A stretch of 64,000 nt of DNA. Origin: Paraspadella gotoi. Lineage: Eukaryota; Animalia; Chaetognatha. The DNA is taken from assembly GCA_051294375.1 (NCBI GenBank), contig CM119264.1, positions 10,358,576 through 10,422,575 of the forward strand, in the 5' to 3' direction. The notes beneath the pieces are model-generated. The model searched no databases. It saw nothing but the letters and a program-made list of their open reading frames with translations, and had not been told where the DNA came from. The position numbers and the translations under genes were made by a program. Positions 1-17,690 of the stretch are shown here, piece after piece. The number at the start of each line of letters is the position of its first letter. The stretch's first letter is position 1.

Positions 1-449
1 GGAACTAAGTGGTGATAAGCGAGACAACTTTAAAAGGCGCGATTTTTAGGAAAGGTAGGGAAAGATAAGTAAAGAACGGGAAAAGAAAAGTTGAGTAAGA
101 AAGTGCGAGTGAAAGGTGAGGTGAGAAATCGAGAAAGTAGCGAATAGTGAGAAAGGTCTTTGATAAGGGAAGGATTTGACGCTGATGTTAAAAACTCGTG
201 TCTAAAATGAAATAACGAAGTAAAACAAAAAGAACAATAAAAAACAATTCACAAAGAAATAGAGTTGATATTAAAGAATATGAATTAGACTAAGAATGTA
301 AACAAGTTGCTGCTTTAAATAATACAGATATTGAGTGACGTAATGTAGCACTAGCACTTGAAAAGGTGCTGCGACTGAAAGGAAAAGAGAAATGGTAGAC
401 GTACTGAACAGTGAACAGTGAACAGTGAACAGTCTCACGATTAAGTTAC

Positions 450-568
450 CTTGAAGTTGCCGCCATCTCTGAGTTGAATGTCGTTGATCGTAAACTTGTG
501 AAGGCTGCCTTCGAGACTGAACTCGTATTTGTTCTTGTGAGTGTGAACGTCTTCCACCTTCGATCCGC
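450..568 (-). CDS. Internal coding exon: C-terminal half (about C''-D-E-F strands) of an immunoglobulin V/I-set domain
   Basis: Minus strand reads ttttccatctattttatcacAG|GC GGA TCG AAG...GGC AAC TTC AAG|GTAACT: canonical acceptor and donor, 119 nt = 2 nt + 39 codons (phase 1 in, phase 0 out). Translation xGSKVEDVHTHKNKYEFSLEGSLHKFTINDIQLRDGGNFK fits the Ig pattern K-Y-x(7)-H-x-[LF]-x-I-x-D-[IV]-x-x-x-D-x-G-x-[YF]-x-(C). The frame listed in the ORF track (446..643) is a different one. Confidence 0.85.
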
Positions 569-1797
569 CTGTGATAAAATAGATGGAAAATGTTTAATGT
601 ACAAAAGAAAAAACTCGCTTGCTCGCTTGCTCATTCTAGACACTTAACATTATCTACTTCATCTAAATTAAATAAAAACAAATATTTCCTGATTCTAAGT
701 ATTTTTATTGCATTGTTAAACAGACAGCGTCTCATAATCAACAAAGAATCCGGTCGGATTTATACTTTTTTACAGTCAAAAGTCGAAACTTAAATAGAGA
801 AAAACGTTAAAAGTTAAAATGTGAATAAAAACTGAATAAAAAAAAAAGAATTGGAAATGGCCATGGAAAGAAAGATGTTCGGCGGCCGGAGATGGGGGGG
901 GAAATAAAGGCTTAGTTTAAAGGAAAACGGAAAAGAATGAGGAAATTTAAAAAAGGANNNNNNNNNNGAGGAAATTTAAAAATGGAGAAAACGGAGGAAA
1001 GAAAAGAGAGTTAAAGGAAAAACGAGAAGAGTCTAGGAAAGTCTGAAACGGAGAAAAGAGGTAATGGAGAAAAAAAAAGAAAAATAAGGAGAGGGAGGAA
1101 AAAGTCGATACGAAAACGAAAAATAATGAAGACGAGAGACGTGGACTGTTAGTCTGTGAGTCTGTGAGTCTGAGTGTCTGTGCGTCTGTGACGGCAGCCG
1201 AAATCCTCGATCGGATGGTAATTGGCTGATCTATTTAGCGTCTTCCCAGCGACATTGTTATTGATATTCGTATTTTTCATAGATCGCCAAACGTTTTTGG
1301 TACAATACAAGTCACTATTTTATATAAAATTTGCTGATATATGTATATTCCCCCCAAAAAAATTTCTCAACTCGCTAAATATAAAAAAATTCCCCGAAAC
1401 TTTACCTAAAATAAAAATGGAAACCCTGAAACGGATTGCGCAATTGAGGAAATCTAAAGTGTAGCGCAATAACGAGTTTCATTTCCTCTCCAAATGTCTT
1501 TTCTAGTCCCCGGAATCGGTCTTCGTCGTCGTCGTCATCGTAATCGTCGTCATCATCGTCGTTGACGACGTCGATGGATGCAATGGTCGCCGTCACGATC
1601 GTCACCGAGAATATTGTCATCGGTTTGTTTTTTTAATAATGGCGAAAGTTCTGAATATTTTTTTAAAGTTTACTCCATTCGTTTATTCTTCAATGTTTAC
1701 TTTCTCGCCCTCAACTTCGCCGGGAATGACTTCGACTTTTTCTCAGCCGCAATCCTCCTTCTGGTTTATATCGTCGTTGGCGTCAACGGAGTCTGCA

Positions 1798-1833
<36 letters not shown>

Positions 1834-3267
1834 CAGCCAAATTTCTTCGGTCGTTATCGAGATGAAACTGCGCCAAAACTCTCTCTGCGCTGAAATTTCG
1901 CGGGGAAGTTTTTCGCGGCGGAATCACGGCGTTACTCTTGGCGCCGCGGAATTGCTCGCGTACCGGCGGCGGCGGCGGAAGCNNNNNNNNNNNNNNNNNN
2001 NNNNNNNNNNNNNNNNCGCCGCTTTCACGGATCAACTGACTTCCGTTTCCGAAATCGACGGCGTCAGATTATGTGATGACCCGGCGGAGGATGAAGAAGA
2101 TGACGAAGACAGTGACGACGACGACGACGNNNNNNNNNNNNNNNNNNNNNNNNNNNNNNNNNNNNNNNNNNNNNNNNNNNNNNNNNNNNNNNNNNNNNNN
2201 NNNNNNNNNNNNNNNNNNNNNNNNNNNNNNNNNNNNNNNNNNNNNNNNNNNNNNNNNNNNNNNNNNNNNNNNNNNNNNNNNNNNNNNNNNNNNNNNNNNN
2301 NNNNNNNNNNNNNNNNNNNNNNNNNNNNNNNNNNNNNNNNNNNNNNNNNNNNNNNNNNNNNNNNNNNNNNNNNNNNNNNNNNNNNNNNNNNNNNNNNNNN
2401 NNNNNNNNNNNNNNNNNNNNNNNNNNNNNNNGAGATGGGGATTTTTTAAAAAGAGCGTTGAAATCTTCAGTACACCTCATGCTTAATTCATTGCAACATC
2501 ATCCTTCTGTTATTCGACGTGACGCTCGCCTACTTACTTTCTTTCTTTCCTTCTTTCTTTCCTNNNNNNNNNNNNNNNNNNNNNNTTTCCTCCCTCCCTC
2601 CCTTCTTCAGAACTTTCCCTCCTATTCTATACTTAAAGCCGAAGAAAAAAATCAGTCCTAAAAGTCATATCCATAAAGCTGCTTTAAAACTTAATCCAAC
2701 CCCCCTTAAATTTTTATCAAAACTCTATTAATTTTTTAAAAATCCTTTCAGCATAAAATTCTAGAATTTGAGATGGTTTCCTCCCCATAGAATGTCAGAA
2801 ACAAGAATTTAAAGGAACTCCGGGGCAAAGTGTCTACTGCCATCATCAATTGCCACGGGACACTGTTCTCTCTCTCTCTCTCTCTCTCTCNNNNNNNNNN
2901 NNNNNNNNNNNNNNNNNNNNNNNNNNNNNNNNNNNNNNNNNNNNNNNNNNNNNNNNNNNNNNNNNNNNNNNNNNNNNNNNNNNNNNNNNNNNNNNNNNNN
3001 NNNNNNNNNNNNNNNNNNNNNNNNNNNNNNNNNNNNNNNNNNNNNNNNNNNNNNNNNNNNNNNNNNNNNNNNNNNNNNNNNNNNNNNNNNNNNNNNNNNN
3101 NNNNNNNNNNNNNNNNNNNNNNNTTTTGTTCACACTTTTAAAGCGCTTTTCTTTATTTGCCTCCTTTTTTTTGCTCACTATTTTTCCTCCATTTTTCGCT
3201 ATGGCTCCGGGGTTACGGTCTCCTCATCAATCGTCCACCGGTAAGATCGCTCGAGAAAGAGAGAGAG

Positions 3268-3322
<55 letters not shown>

Positions 3323-5315
3323 ACTTTTCAATTTCCCCATTCAAATTCTGCTCTTATTTTTTCCAATTCACTTTCCAATTTTGTCTTTTAAAATTTGGTT
3401 TTCCACTTCTCGTCTTCAGCGATTTTAAACTAAAGCTTTTTTCCGCCCTGGATAGAGATATATAAAAAACTTAGATATGAATAAATAATATAAATTCATA
3501 TCAATTACCTATTCTTTTCTTTTCATTTTGGTCGTTTTATTTAAACCCATACAGAATGAGAGTGAACAAAAGAATAATTTTATTTACCTTTCCTCTATAA
3601 TTTCGTCTATAATTGCAATTATTTTCCTGTCCACTCGGTATTCGAATTAAACCCAAATTTAGTTTTCTCTTCACAAAACCAGTTTCGCTTCCATTCCTAT
3701 CGATTTTTTCTCTCTTTGCTTTTCCCCCCGAATTATTTTCCTATATTCAAATTACTTACGTCTCTCGCTCTCTCTCGTACTTCTTTTGCTCCATTAACAT
3801 TTCGCGTTCCTGCGACAACTTTTTTCCTCCTTTTTTTATTTCGAAATCGTTTCTTATTCCTTTTATCTTTTCCTCTCACCCAATTTCCTTTTTCTTATTA
3901 TTTTTTTTCCTCCTTTTATTCTCTTCGATTCTTTTTTTGGTCGTGGCTGGCGAAATCCCAGTTATTCATCTCAATTGAATTCATAAAACTAATGACGAAG
4001 AACGAGCAGACGAAATGTTTTTGCCCGAATCTCTTTATCCTTGCAAGAATCTTTATTTCCTCCTTTCCTTTTCTTCCTTAATCTTTCCTTCCCCTTCCTC
4101 CGTTCCCTTCCTCCCACCCTTTTCTTTCCTAATTTTTTCTCCTTTCCCCAATTCTCTTGTACTTAGGTTTGTTGTCTACTGCCCACCTCTTTTTGTTCAC
4201 ATTTTTCTCTCTGGTCTCAAATTTAGCCATCACTCAATTTTTTTCCCTTTGCGCCAAAATATTTTGTTTCGTTCCCACATATTTTCCAACTTGTTTTCCT
4301 TCTGTCACATTTTTTTCTATTTTTGACCGATTTTTCTTTTTTCTGTCCCAATTTTCGCCCCATTTTCTTCCTTCTGACAAATACTCTTAACGAACTTATG
4401 GGTTTTTCTTTCTCGATGCAATTGTCAAAAATATTATTCAATATTCCTTATTTACCACTGCCCGATTACTCTTGCCCGAATATTGAGATTTAATTTTGCC
4501 CGACCGGTTTCCACTCCGTTCGGTGCTCAATCGTTTTTCTTCCCCGATTCCATTCTTCCGAAGCATTTCCCTTTTTTTTTTTCTTCCCGACCCCTTTTTA
4601 TCTTTTGTTGAGGAAATTCGAAAAATGGAGAAAAAAATACTTTCACGACGATTAAGGCCGAACTGAAAGTGGAACAAAAGTGAAATAAAAAAAGTAGGTT
4701 TTCGTTAAATTTATTCGTTGGAGTTTTAAGGTCACAAAAATACAGTAAAATACTTTTCCCATTTTTCCTTTAACTTTCTCATTTTCTGGGGAAGAGGATN
4801 NNNNNNNNNNNNNNNNNNNNNNNNNNNNNNNNNNNNNNNNNNNNNNNNNNNNNNNNNNNNNNNNNNNNNNNNNNNNNNNNNNNNNNNNNNNNNNNNNNNN
4901 NNNNNNNNNNNNNNNNNNNNNNNNNNNNNNNNNNNNNNNNNNNNNNNNNNNNNNNNNNNNNNNNNNNNNNNNNNNNNNNNNNNNNNNNNNNNNNNNNNNN
5001 NNNNNNNNNNNNNNNNNNNNNNNNNNNNNNNNNGGGGAGGAAGAGGGGTTCGAATATAAATTATAAAGTGGAGATAAGTTGAAAAGCGATGGACAACTTG
5101 TAGTCGGGCATTTAAATAAGTTCACGGCGCCATTAAGTATAATTAAATGCGCGATTATTAGGAACTCTTGCGAACTAAAAACGAAAAGGAAGGCCTCGGA
5201 TGTTATTAGTTTATTTTGCAGCCCTTGAGAAAAAGGAAAGTGATTCGAGTTGGACAATATTACGAATTTAAAATTTCTAAATAGGCCAAGAATCACCGAC
5301 TTAGAAAAGTGATAG

Positions 5316-5453
5316 GACCAGCACGGGCGTTAACGCATCGCTAGCTCACAAGCAAACCCTAAAAAGAGTGCGGAGCCTAAATTACGCGCGCGGTCACGTG
5401 AGCGTTGAGCTAGTTTGCGTGCACGGCGATAACCGTGCGGGGGGCATCTGGTC
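5316..5453. other. GC-rich element with nested inverted repeats (possible structured RNA or small MITE-like element)
   Basis: Complementary pairs: GACCAG 5316-5321 with CTGGTC 5448-5453; ACGCA..CTAGCTCA 5333-5348 with TGAGCTAG..TGCGT 5406-5420; GCACGG 5421-5426 (also at 5321-5326) with CCGTGC 5433-5438. No family recognised. Confidence 0.3.
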
Positions 5454-8220
5454 ATAACAGTCTGCAACTATGGGTGAAGCCCACGAACGATGGGAAATGG
5501 GGAAAAGGATCTATTTTTAGAATTTTATCATAGGAGAAGAAAGGAGGAAGTAGAAAAGAGTGTCAGGTCTTATTATCTTTGGATTTAGTTTAAAAAATTC
5601 GAATGTATGCTTGGTTATTATTTAAGTATTTATTCACAATTAAATTCAATTTATGACGTCAAGCAAATCTTTTCCGTTACTTTAAAATTAAATCAATAAA
5701 GTAATTAGTCTCNNNNNNNNNNNNNNNNNNNNNNNNNNNNNNNNNNNNNNNNNNNNNNNNNNNNNNNNNNNNNNNNNNNNNNNNNNNNNNNNNNNNNNNN
5801 NNNNNNNNNNNNNNNNNNNNNNNNNNNNNNNNNNNNNNNNNNNNNNNNNNNNNNNNNNNNNNNNNNNNNNNNNNNNNNNNNNNNNNNNNNNNNNNNNNNN
5901 NNNNNNNNNNNNNNNNNNNNNNNNNNNNNNNNNNNNNNNNNNNNNNNNNNNNNNNNNNNNNNNNNNNNNNNNAAACCCTTTTCATTCAATTATCAATTAT
6001 TCAAGAGTTATCTCAACAAAAAGAATCGGATTCTTGCTTCAAGTCTACGAAATGAAATTTTTTTTAGCCTCCCTAGTTTTAAAAAGCCCAACTTGATTTT
6101 TTTTTCCCACCATTTTACGTCCATACTCGCCTTTTTCCGCGGCCCATAAAACTTTTTTCCCATCACCTTGGAGTTCTAGGAACGTCCTTGCTTAAAAGTC
6201 TCTCTTTAAGGAAGAGAGCAGAAAAGACGAAGCGATCGCGGCTCGACCCCTTCCTTCTTTTCCTCTCCACTCAGTTTCGTTTCGCCTCTCTTTTCTTTAT
6301 AGTAATACTATTTACTATTTTCTATCACAATGATTAATGAATTGCCTCCGTTTTATGTATTAATTATTTCTTTTTGAACGAAGAAGGTTTATTTTCGCGT
6401 AAATATATGTCTCCAGAAATGTTCCCCTTCATCTTTANNNNNNNNNNNNNNNNNNNNNNNNNNNNNNNNNNNNNNNNNNNNNNNNNNNNNNNNNNNNNNN
6501 NNNNNNNNNNNNNNNNNNNNNNNNNNNNNNNNNNNNNNNNNNNNNNNNNNNNNNNNNNNNNNNNNNNNNNNNNNNNNNNNNNNNNNNNNNNNNNNNNNNN
6601 NNNNNNNNNNNNNNNNNNNNNNNNNNNNNNNNNNNNNNNNNNNNNNNNNNNNNNNNNNNNNNNNNNNNNNNNNNNNNNNNNNNNNNNNNNNNNNNNNNNN
6701 NNNNNNNNNNNNNNNNNNNNNNNNNNNNNNNNNNNNNNNNNNNNNNNNNNNNNNNNNNNNNNNNNNNNNNNNNNNNNNNNNNNNNNNNNNNNNNNNNNNN
6801 NNNNNNNNNNNNNNNNNNNNNNNNNNNNNNNNNNNNNNNNNNNNNNNNNNNNNNNNNNNNNNNNNNNNNNNNNNNNNNNNNNNNNNNNNNNNNNNNNNNN
6901 NNNNNNNNNNNNNNNNNNNNNNNNNNNNNNNNNNNNNNNNNNNNNNNNNNNNNNNNNNNNNNNNNNNNNNNNNNNNNNNNNNNNNNNNNNNNNNNNNNNN
7001 NNNNNNNNACGACGACGACGGTTCCCTGTCAAAAAAAGGATCTTACGTCGAAGAGGAATCGAGTTATTGGGAGTCGACTGTAGACGCGGGTGCCAGTCGG
7101 GATGGAAACGAGGGCGCCATTTAGGGCGCTAGGTGGCACTTTAGCCGTGCCGTCTCAGGAAACAGTTTTGAAGGAGATGACAGCCGGAGATTGGTATTTT
7201 GAACTGAGCAGGCGTGAGGAATATACTGTAACAGCGTCGTTGCTGTGGGAATTTTTGAAGTGCGTTGGACTATCATACCAAAAAATTGAAATCTCTCCAC
7301 ACGCCAAAAATACGATATTATATAGCTTCTAGACATCTTAGACCCTTTTTAAAGTTCTTTCCGGACGTAATTTTTATTGCAATATACTTGTTTGTTCAGA
7401 ACCTTAGATTTTTCGAGCATATGATCAATGTCCGGTGATAAAAAGTCTGTGATTTATTTGTTTGTGATAGTCACGGGCCGTGATAAATGCGTTCACGATG
7501 GATTTATCGAAGGAGACGCCGCAGAGATTAAAAGACCTTCGAAGAAAAAACCCCGGATGATAATCGAGATGAGGCCTCCGCCTCCTTCGCCGCCTCCGCC
7601 GCCTTCGCCGCCTTCGCCGCCTTCAGTCAAGTCAACGCATAAGTTTATAATGGGATACGGCCTTGAGTTGATAATGAGACGATGTCTCTCGGGAGACTTG
7701 GCCCTCGGATGTTGTAATGAGATGCAGTCTTTAAAAAAAGGCTGCGGATTTTAAGTTCATTTCAGGGCATGAGGCTTTTTTGAAATATTATTCGCCGGAG
7801 ACTGTATTAAGTTTTTAATGGGCGCGCGGTTTTCAACGCTGACGGACTGACTGACGGAGAAAGGTGATGAATCGTCCCTCCTGATTTATGATTTATGAAA
7901 ACAATGAGTTAAAAAAAATATTTAGTGCGAAAAGAAAAGGTGGAAAATGATTAAAAACACTGCGAATAGGTGATTGTAAACACTTGAGAAAATTTAATTA
8001 AAAAAAATATAATTAAAGAGAATCAAGTGAAGAAAAGAAGGAGGAAAATGTTCTAACGATGAGGGAAAACATAAGGGAAAACGGAGGAAGGAATGGAGGA
8101 AAGAAAAAAAAGGGAAAAAAACAGAATGAAAAGAAAAAAGGAGGAAAAGATAGAAAAAGAGTGAAGGAAATTACGGTGAATTCAGTGGAGTCACGGAATC
8201 AAGTCAATGGTTCGTTATCT

Positions 8221-8279
<59 letters not shown>

Positions 8280-10384
8280 GGGATGAAAGCGAATATAGGG
8301 AGTTAATCGAGCTCGTTTGGAGAAGGAGGAAGTCGCCGTCGTAGGTGTTGATGTAAATGGATTTCTCACGAGACGGATTGATGAGGATAAAGGATCGAAC
8401 CCGAGGCTTTTCAGTCGATACTTTGTTCTGTCAGATCCTTTTTTTTTATTTTGAAGGTATTCAGTATTTCTAGTTCGTTAACGATCGGGAGTTACTAGAT
8501 TTTCTACCTTTATTTTATGTTCTATTTCTATTATTGCCAACCTTGAAGTGTCAAACTGGGTATTCCCTACTATAACCAAAAAAGAAAAAAATTCTGATAC
8601 CACGAAGGCGACAAACAAATCCACCAAATGCAGTAAGAAAAAAAAAAGAGAAAAATCCGTAATATGAAAATATGATTTGGAAAGAAAAAAAAAGAAACAA
8701 AACAAAACAACCAAAAAAAGAAAAGGGGACCCAATTGAGGGGGGGGAAGCTAGTGCTCGCGATTGTTTGACCCCCAACGAGACCCGGGTTCGAGTCTGGG
8801 GGCGGCAAAGGAAAGAAATATGACGTGGGTCGTGGGAGGGACGCGGAGCCAAACAAGGCTCAGTATCAAAACATCACTGGAGATCATTGCCCTGCCCCCC
8901 CTCTCCCGGGAGAGAAAAAAGGGAGGTGGGGAAGAGAAAGCGTCGCTTGGTTCCATTGACGCGAGATATGAGGGTCGATATTAAAGAATTGAAGTCTGTT
9001 TGCGAAGGAGCAGATTTTGTATCACGTCTCGAGAAAGATATTTCTTGGGAAATTTATAACTTTATTCTTAATTTGCCTGTCTAAAAAAAATGGCAATGGC
9101 CTAGTGTAAATGTTAGGTACCATAATGATAATATTTACTCGTGATTTTCATTAGTATACTGAATACTTTTCCAATTTACAGTGTCCGCGATTGATCCTTA
9201 ATTGTTGACATTATCTTTTTATTTTTAGTCTTGCTCAATGCTCATTTATCGTTTGAATGCCAAAGTGTTTTTTTTTTTTTTTTTATCGTTTTATCGGTTT
9301 ATATTTTTATCTTTTTATCGTTTTAACTGTCAAATTGTTTCAAACAAATCTCGATGAAAATCGGCATTGATTTTTGAATTCCACTTATCTGCGACAGAGT
9401 AAATGGAACCGTGGCCGGAAAATTTAAGTGTTAAAAACTAGCGTTGGAAATAGATGAAGTCTTTAAAATAAATCGACATAGACGGAACTTATATATACTA
9501 ATCCTAATTAAAGTTGTACGTTACTGAACGTGTACGTTTTTGTGGCGGCAAGCCTCTAAGGAATGTACGACGACGTATAGAATAAAAGCTACGCTGACGA
9601 CGACGACGATGACGAATCGATTACACGAACGCAAAGTCGCGTCAAAAGAAAAACGAGGAGAGACGAGAAATTGGAACAAAGAGTCTGAGCAAACAGACGA
9701 ACGGATCGATCGAAAACCTCTTAGCGGCCTTTTGTGTCGTTGTTGTCCTCGTTTTCGTCGTTGTTGTCCTCTTGGGTGTCGTTGTTGTTATCGTTGTTGT
9801 CGTCGTCGTCACAGTTGTCGATACCCAGGAGGAGTAACCAAAAGATAAAAAATAGAGACTTTCTCAAACGGGAAAGTGAGTGTCTCGAATTCGTCACCTT
9901 ACTCTTATTTATTTCTATGAGAGTGATTCAAATTAATCCTTTATTAGCGTCACTCGGAACCCGGAACTTTCTCGTCAAAAAGCCTCATCGATGACTTTAA
10001 TTTAGCGATGGAGGAAAGCGCCATCCGGTGAAGGCAAACAAAATGATTCGAAAAGAACAAAAGAACAAAACAGAAGGAGAACGAGATAACTTGGAAGGAG
10101 AGGGAACGAAGTGAAAAGAAAGACAGAGAGACGGATTAAAGGACGAATAAATAGAGGAAAGAAAAATAAATAGAGGAAAGAAAAGAAAAGGGAGGAAAGA
10201 AAAAAAGAAGAAAAAAGCTAATCAGGCGTTAATTCGAGCGACGGAAGGAGATTAATACGAAGCTCATCGAAAAGTCGGAGAAAGAAAATTGTGGAAATGC
10301 GTTTTCGGTTGAGAACCGCGTTTTCGGCCGAAAGGGGTAAAAATGAATGGTAAGAAGAGGAGAAGAGTAGAGAGAGAGAGAGAG

Positions 10385-10440
<56 letters not shown>

Positions 10441-11442
10441 CAGATGAGAGAGGACTCTCTTTGATTGGATAAATTCCATGGGACCAGGATCCATCCTTAT
10501 TTTGGTTTCCTTTTGACCGAGCGGAAACTCTGGAGGAGTCAGGAGTCAACAGTTCCTCTTCGACATCTGTCGCCATTCATTCTCGCGATTCCGTCCGTGA
10601 TTCAATCCCCGAGATAAAATGAAAAAAAAAGGAAAAAAATTGGATCGAAAAAGATTCAATAGAAGATAAAAAGAAAAAGAGGATTTTTTTGAAGAAGAAG
10701 AAGAAGAAGAGGGAGTTCGTGATGGGAATAAAGTTCTCGCTCTTCGAATGCGCTTGTACTGAGAGATGGGAGGGGAGACGGAGAGAAAGGGGGAAAGATG
10801 TTTACTGTTTTGTCTATTATAGTTAACAACAATGATCGTGTGTTTTCGTTAATTTTACTTACTGCATACTTGTCTCTAATTATTGCTTATTTGTCAAAAG
10901 ACGCACCAAACGGCAAAAAAAAAAACATAATTAAATAACAAAAATAAACATCATTTCAGTCAAAATCGACGATTATCGCCGCATTAAATGTTCGCCCATC
11001 GAATCCGCGACGAAAACTCATGAATCAAAAGTGGAAATTGATTAATAAACTCGCCACCAGAGGGAATCGTGTTTGGGAAGCCGAGAGGCGTTGCCCGGCG
11101 GCGACGACGATGACGAAGACGACGACTGCGTCAACGACGACGACGAAAGCGACATCAATCAGCGTCAAAACAGTCAAACAAGATTTTGACGTCCTTCACC
11201 CACGACTCGAGACTCCACGCCTTTTTTTTTCTCTGGTTGCTGGGAAAAAAGGATGGAGAATCGGAGATCGAGGTTGTGGAAAAAGCGTGGCGGCGAAAGG
11301 TGGGCGTGGCTGACCATGGCGCTAACGATTGGGAGGAGCTTTTACTGTTGGCAGCTGTGTTTTCGAGTGTTAGCTGTAGTGAGAGAAAGAGAGATGGAAA
11401 GTGAGAGAGTCAGACTGCTGGGGGGGGAAGGAAAGACGATAA

Positions 11443-11467
11443 NNNNNNNNNNNNNNNNNNNNNNNNN
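11443..11467. other. Assembly gap of exactly 25 N, just left of the direct duplication
   Basis: Counted 18+7 N. Only two of the 19 gaps have this length. Confidence 0.95.
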
Positions 11468-11496
11468 AAAAACGTTTGTTCCGCAGTCGAGGTCAT

Positions 11497-11545
<49 letters not shown>

Positions 11546-11630
11546 TCATCTCTTCATCTCTCATCTCCTCTCTCTCTCTCTTCTCTCTCTCTCATCAATC
11601 GCTTTCTCTTTCCTCCTCTCTCTCTCTTTT

Positions 11631-14389
<2,759 letters not shown>

Positions 14390-14434
14390 AGAAGAAGAGA
14401 AGTGAAGAGGAGAGAGAAGAGAGAGCGGAGAGAG

Positions 14435-14481
<47 letters not shown>

Positions 14482-14982
14482 AGAGGAGAGAGAGAGAGAA
14501 GAGCAAGTTGAGTTCGGAATTCACATAACTTCGAATTCCGAATCACGGGAGTTTCAACCAAAAAATGACGAGCGACGCGCAAAAAAATTGAAAAATGTTC
14601 GACTTTTTTTATAAACAAGAATTATCCACCGTCAGGGGGAAAGCTTCCGCTTGTGGACCATGGAATGATTTTTTTTTTTTTTTTTAATTTCTCAATCCCA
14701 ATTCGACCCATACAACTTACCCCTTTTTCTTTCACCTTCACAACCTTTACACACTGTGCACATTAAGCTCTTTTAAAATAACACTCTCATCAAAAATGAA
14801 ATAAGAAGGGGTGAAGCTGGGGCTTCCTATTTTCTTCTTCTCCTTCCTCCTCTTATCTCTCTCTCCTTCTCTTCTTTCTCTCTCCGGTCTCTCTCTGCTC
14901 CAGTTCGATCCTGGAATCCTTCCTTTTTTTTTCTCGCCTCATGTTTTATTCTTTTCTCATCTCTTTCTCTCTCTCTCTCTTT

Positions 14983-17690
<2,708 letters not shown>

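Noticed and set aside
270-374. Strong minus-strand acceptor (tttctcttttcctttcAG at 375) as the next Ig exon
   Set aside because: In the required phase 0 it reads SQHLFKC* and does not supply the Cys directly after DGGNFK.
8780-8806. tRNA T-arm/B-box-like CCCGGGTTCGAGTCTGGG (similar GAGGGTTCGAAGCCTTC at ~45320)
   Set aside because: No acceptor, D or anticodon arms could be built around either.
14513-14542. Perfect 10-bp hairpin TTCGGAATTC/GAATTCCGAA
   Set aside because: Isolated, in probably low-quality linker sequence, and too short for a pre-miRNA.
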